Of a stretch of DNA of 27,192 nucleotides, positions 24,927-27,192 are shown one piece after another. Source of the DNA: Spirochaetaceae bacterium (lineage in GTDB: Bacteria > Spirochaetota > Spirochaetia > DSM-27196 > SKKC01); assembly GCA_007694005.1 (NCBI GenBank), contig RECN01000017.1, positions 1-27,192 on the forward strand, in the 5' to 3' direction. Every line of letters starts with the position of its first letter. Position 1 is the first letter of the stretch. The translations under genes were made by a program, and so were the position numbers. The notes under the pieces were generated by a model, which saw only the letters and a program-made list of their open reading frames with translations, was not told the origin of the DNA and did no database searches.

Positions 24927-27074
24927 TTAAAAACGGCCGTAGTAGCCTTCTTTCAGCGCATCATACAGGTTCGCAGCATTATGCACTTCCCCGTCGTACT
25001 CGATCTCTTCGTCTCCGCGGGCTTCGACTATCGTCCCATCCTGGAGCACGAACTCGTAGGTTGTGTTCTTGAGGTCTGTTTCGCGTACGAGAACACCCTG
25101 GAATACTTCCGGGTTGAATCGGAAGGTTGTGCAGCCCTTCAGCCCCTGCTCGTAGGCGTACATGTAAATGTCCTGAAAGTCATCGTAGGGAAAGTCGGTG
25201 GGAACGTTCGCGGTCTTCGAGATTGATGAGTCTATCCAGGTCTGGGCGGCAGCCTGTATGTCCACGTGCTGCTTCGGCGTAACGCTGTCGGCGGTAATAA
25301 AGTAGTCGGGGAGCGCGTGTTCGCCTTCCTGAGCGTCCACCGAGGCCTCCGAATCGACGAGTTCCCGATACGCGAGCAGCTCGAAAGAAAACACATCTAC
25401 CTGTTCCTTGGACTTCTTCCCTTCCCGTATTACGTTCCGGAAGTAATGATGCGCAAAGCTCGGCTCAATGCCGTTGGCCGCGTTATTACCAAGTGAAAGC
25501 GAAATAGTCCCTGTCGGGGCAATGGACGAATGATGGGTAAATCGTGCGCCCTTCTCGGCAATCTTTTCGATAAGGTCCGGCTCTACCGTTGCGATACGTT
25601 GCATGTAGCGGCTGTAGCGGGCGAGCAGAACCTTTCCTGCAACCCTGTCACCGGTCTTGTATCCGTCCCGCGAAAGCTCGGGTCGCTTGCGTAGCAGTTC
25701 GGGAGTAATCTCGAACTCCTCATCCATTATCGGCGCAGGCCCTTTCTCCTCAGCCAGTTCAAGACCGGCCTCCCAGCCTGCAACGGCGAGTTCCCGCGAT
25801 ACCTGATCGGTGAAGGCAACTGATTCGGCTGAGCCATATTTCATGCAGAGCATGGTCATGGTACTGCCAAGCCCCAGAAAACCCATGCCGTGCCGACGTT
25901 TCCGCTCGATTTCCCGACGTTGTTCGGACAGCGGAAGGCCGTTGATCTCAACGACGTTATCGAGCATACGGGTAAAGACCTTTACGACCTCACGGTAGGT
26001 GTTCCAGTCGAACTCTGCGTCCTTCGTAAAGGGCTTGCGGACAAACATGGTCAGATTTACCGAACCGAGAAGGCACGCCCCGTATGGCGGAAGTGGCTGC
26101 TCACCGCAGGGATTGGTAGCACGAATCTTCTCGCAGAACCAGTTGTTGTTTTTTTCGTTTACTTCATCAATGAGAACGAAGCCGGGTTCGGCGTAGTCGT
26201 AGGTCGAGCGCATTATGAGATTCCACAGACTGCGAGCCCGAATCGTCTTGTATACCCGGCAGGCAACCAGATCTTCTTCGTTCTTGAGATAGCCTCCGGC
26301 CTCCGGCCACTCGCGCCAGATAACCTTTGACGCATCTTTGAGGTCTATCCCGTCTTCCCTGGCCTCACGCTCGGTCATGGGGAAGGCGAGCGGCCAGTCC
26401 GCGTCGTTTTTCACCGCCTCGATAAAGGCGTGCGTAATAAGCAGGGACAGGTTGAACTGACGAAGACGCCCGTCCTCGCGCTTGGCACGAATAAACTCCA
26501 TTACGTCAGGATGTCCAACGTTGAAGGTACCCATCTGTGCGCCTCGCCTGCCGCCGGCAGAGGAAATGGTAAAGCACATGCGATCGTAGATATCCATGAA
26601 TGAAAGCGGCCCGGAGGTGTGAGCTCCCGCTCCGGACACATAGGCCCCCCGGGGGCGCAGGGTCGAAAAGTCGTATCCTATGCCACAACCGGCCTTGAGG
26701 GTCAGTCCGGCCTCGTGAACCTTCGACAGTATATCGTTCATCGAGTCCCCGATGGTTCCAGACACCGTACAGTTTATTGTCGATGTGGCAGGCTTGTATT
26801 CAAGCGCGCCTGCATTCGACATGATCCGTCCTGCCGGGGTTGCTCCATGACGGAGGGCCCAGAGAAAGCGCTCGTACCAGTGCTCCCTCAGATCCTCGTG
26901 TTCCACCTCGGCGAGAGCCCGGGCAACACGCTTATAGGTGTCGTCTACCGTTTCGTCGATCGGTGTGCCTTCTTTGGTCTTCAGCCGGTATTTCTTGTCC
27001 CAGATGTCGACTGAAGCGTCCTGGAAAGGTATTTTAACGACCGCCGGTTCTTTAGGCGTGCTGACACTGCTCAT
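24927..27074 (-). CDS. nrdJa: Class II (B12-dependent) ribonucleotide reductase, large catalytic polypeptide
   Basis: 715 aa with RBS GAGGGGGA. Active-site NPCGEQPL (Cys/Glu of the RNR finger loop), LKAGCGIGYDFSTLRP and conserved 10-stranded-barrel motifs. An adjacent nrdJb completes the enzyme. Confidence 0.85.
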   Translation of the reverse strand: MSSVSTPKEPAVVKIPFQDASVDIWDKKYRLKTKEGTPIDETVDDTYKRVARALAEVEHEDLREHWYERFLWALRHGATPAGRIMSNAGALEYKPATSTINCTVSGTIGDSMNDILSKVHEAGLTLKAGCGIGYDFSTLRPRGAYVSGAGAHTSGPLSFMDIYDRMCFTISSAGGRRGAQMGTFNVGHPDVMEFIRAKREDGRLRQFNLSLLITHAFIEAVKNDADWPLAFPMTEREAREDGIDLKDASKVIWREWPEAGGYLKNEEDLVACRVYKTIRARSLWNLIMRSTYDYAEPGFVLIDEVNEKNNNWFCEKIRATNPCGEQPLPPYGACLLGSVNLTMFVRKPFTKDAEFDWNTYREVVKVFTRMLDNVVEINGLPLSEQRREIERKRRHGMGFLGLGSTMTMLCMKYGSAESVAFTDQVSRELAVAGWEAGLELAEEKGPAPIMDEEFEITPELLRKRPELSRDGYKTGDRVAGKVLLARYSRYMQRIATVEPDLIEKIAEKGARFTHHSSIAPTGTISLSLGNNAANGIEPSFAHHYFRNVIREGKKSKEQVDVFSFELLAYRELVDSEASVDAQEGEHALPDYFITADSVTPKQHVDIQAAAQTWIDSSISKTANVPTDFPYDDFQDIYMYAYEQGLKGCTTFRFNPEVFQGVLVRETDLKNTTYEFVLQDGTIVEARGDEEIEYDGEVHNAANLYDALKEGYYGRF

Positions 27075-27104
27075 GAATACGTCCCCCTCTACTCATGGAT
27101 ACAT

Positions 27105-27120
27105 ACGCTATATATTGGGT
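27105..27120. promoter_or_regulatory. Candidate NrdR box (ACGCTATATATTGGGT) upstream of nrdJa; weaker half-box ACCCTATAT at 27146-27154
   Basis: 14/16 match to the published NrdR-box consensus acaCwAtATaTwGtgt. It lies 31-46 nt upstream of the nrdJa ATG in an AT-rich promoter region. A second degenerate copy lies 41 bp away (about 4 helical turns). Confidence 0.35.
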
Positions 27121-27192
27121 AATGCCCCATACATTCACACTGATCGACCCTATATGTCAATAATTTCGGCAAAGACTTTCCCGAATATGAGC

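Noticed and set aside
1-27192. CRISPR arrays, IS elements/transposases, integrases, tRNA/rRNA genes
   Set aside because: No regularly spaced direct repeats, no long terminal inverted repeats, no transposase- or integrase-like ORFs, and no cloverleaf-like conserved tRNA motifs were found in the few short intergenic gaps.

Overview
This is a GC-rich (about 60-65% by eye) bacterial chromosomal segment with dense, mostly operonic coding and no rRNA, tRNA, CRISPR or obvious mobile elements. The phylum is not assignable from sequence alone; some features (LAGC lipoproteins, DUF4914-like protein, Lol-like cluster) would fit a Spirochaetota- or Bacteroidota-like diderm, but that is only a guess. GTG starts and ATGA/GTGA/TAATG start-stop overlaps are common, so the ORF-track N-terminal extensions are often spurious.

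Gene content, left to right:
(1) A minus-strand seven-gene operon, positions 1-6640. It encodes a YtrA-type GntR regulator, a multi-TM SPFH/band-7 protein, a LolD/MacB-type ABC ATPase, two FtsX-family permeases, a LolA-like periplasmic lipoprotein-sorting protein, and a signal-peptide-bearing beta-rich outer-membrane-type protein that runs off the window edge. A perfect 8-4-8 palindromic operator sits at its promoter.
(2) A minus-strand pair: a DeoR regulator and a divergent PP2C-like (PPM) phosphatase-domain protein.
(3) A 200-bp AT-rich divergent control region with 10-bp-phased direct repeats.
(4) A plus-strand trio: a DUF4914-like protein with an HPr-kinase/PEPCK-type P-loop (followed by a clear rho-independent terminator), an MFS transporter, and an 855-aa PEP/pyruvate-binding (PPDK_N-like ATP-grasp) protein.
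(5) A class-I glutamine amidotransferase and NADP-glutamate dehydrogenase (gdhA) with an apparently leaderless promoter.
(6) A lipoprotein alpha/beta hydrolase, an FkbM methyltransferase, and a polar amino-acid ABC transporter (SBP-permease-ATPase).
(7) A Gfo/Idh/MocA oxidoreductase, a cupin-AraC regulator, and a secreted alpha/beta hydrolase.
(8) A split B12-dependent class II ribonucleotide reductase (nrdJa + nrdJb) with a candidate NrdR box upstream and an unusual A10 tract inside nrdJb.

The most interesting candidates for undescribed biology are the regulator-SPFH-Lol-like envelope module with its operator, and the DUF4914 / MFS / PPDK_N-like putative phosphotransfer module.
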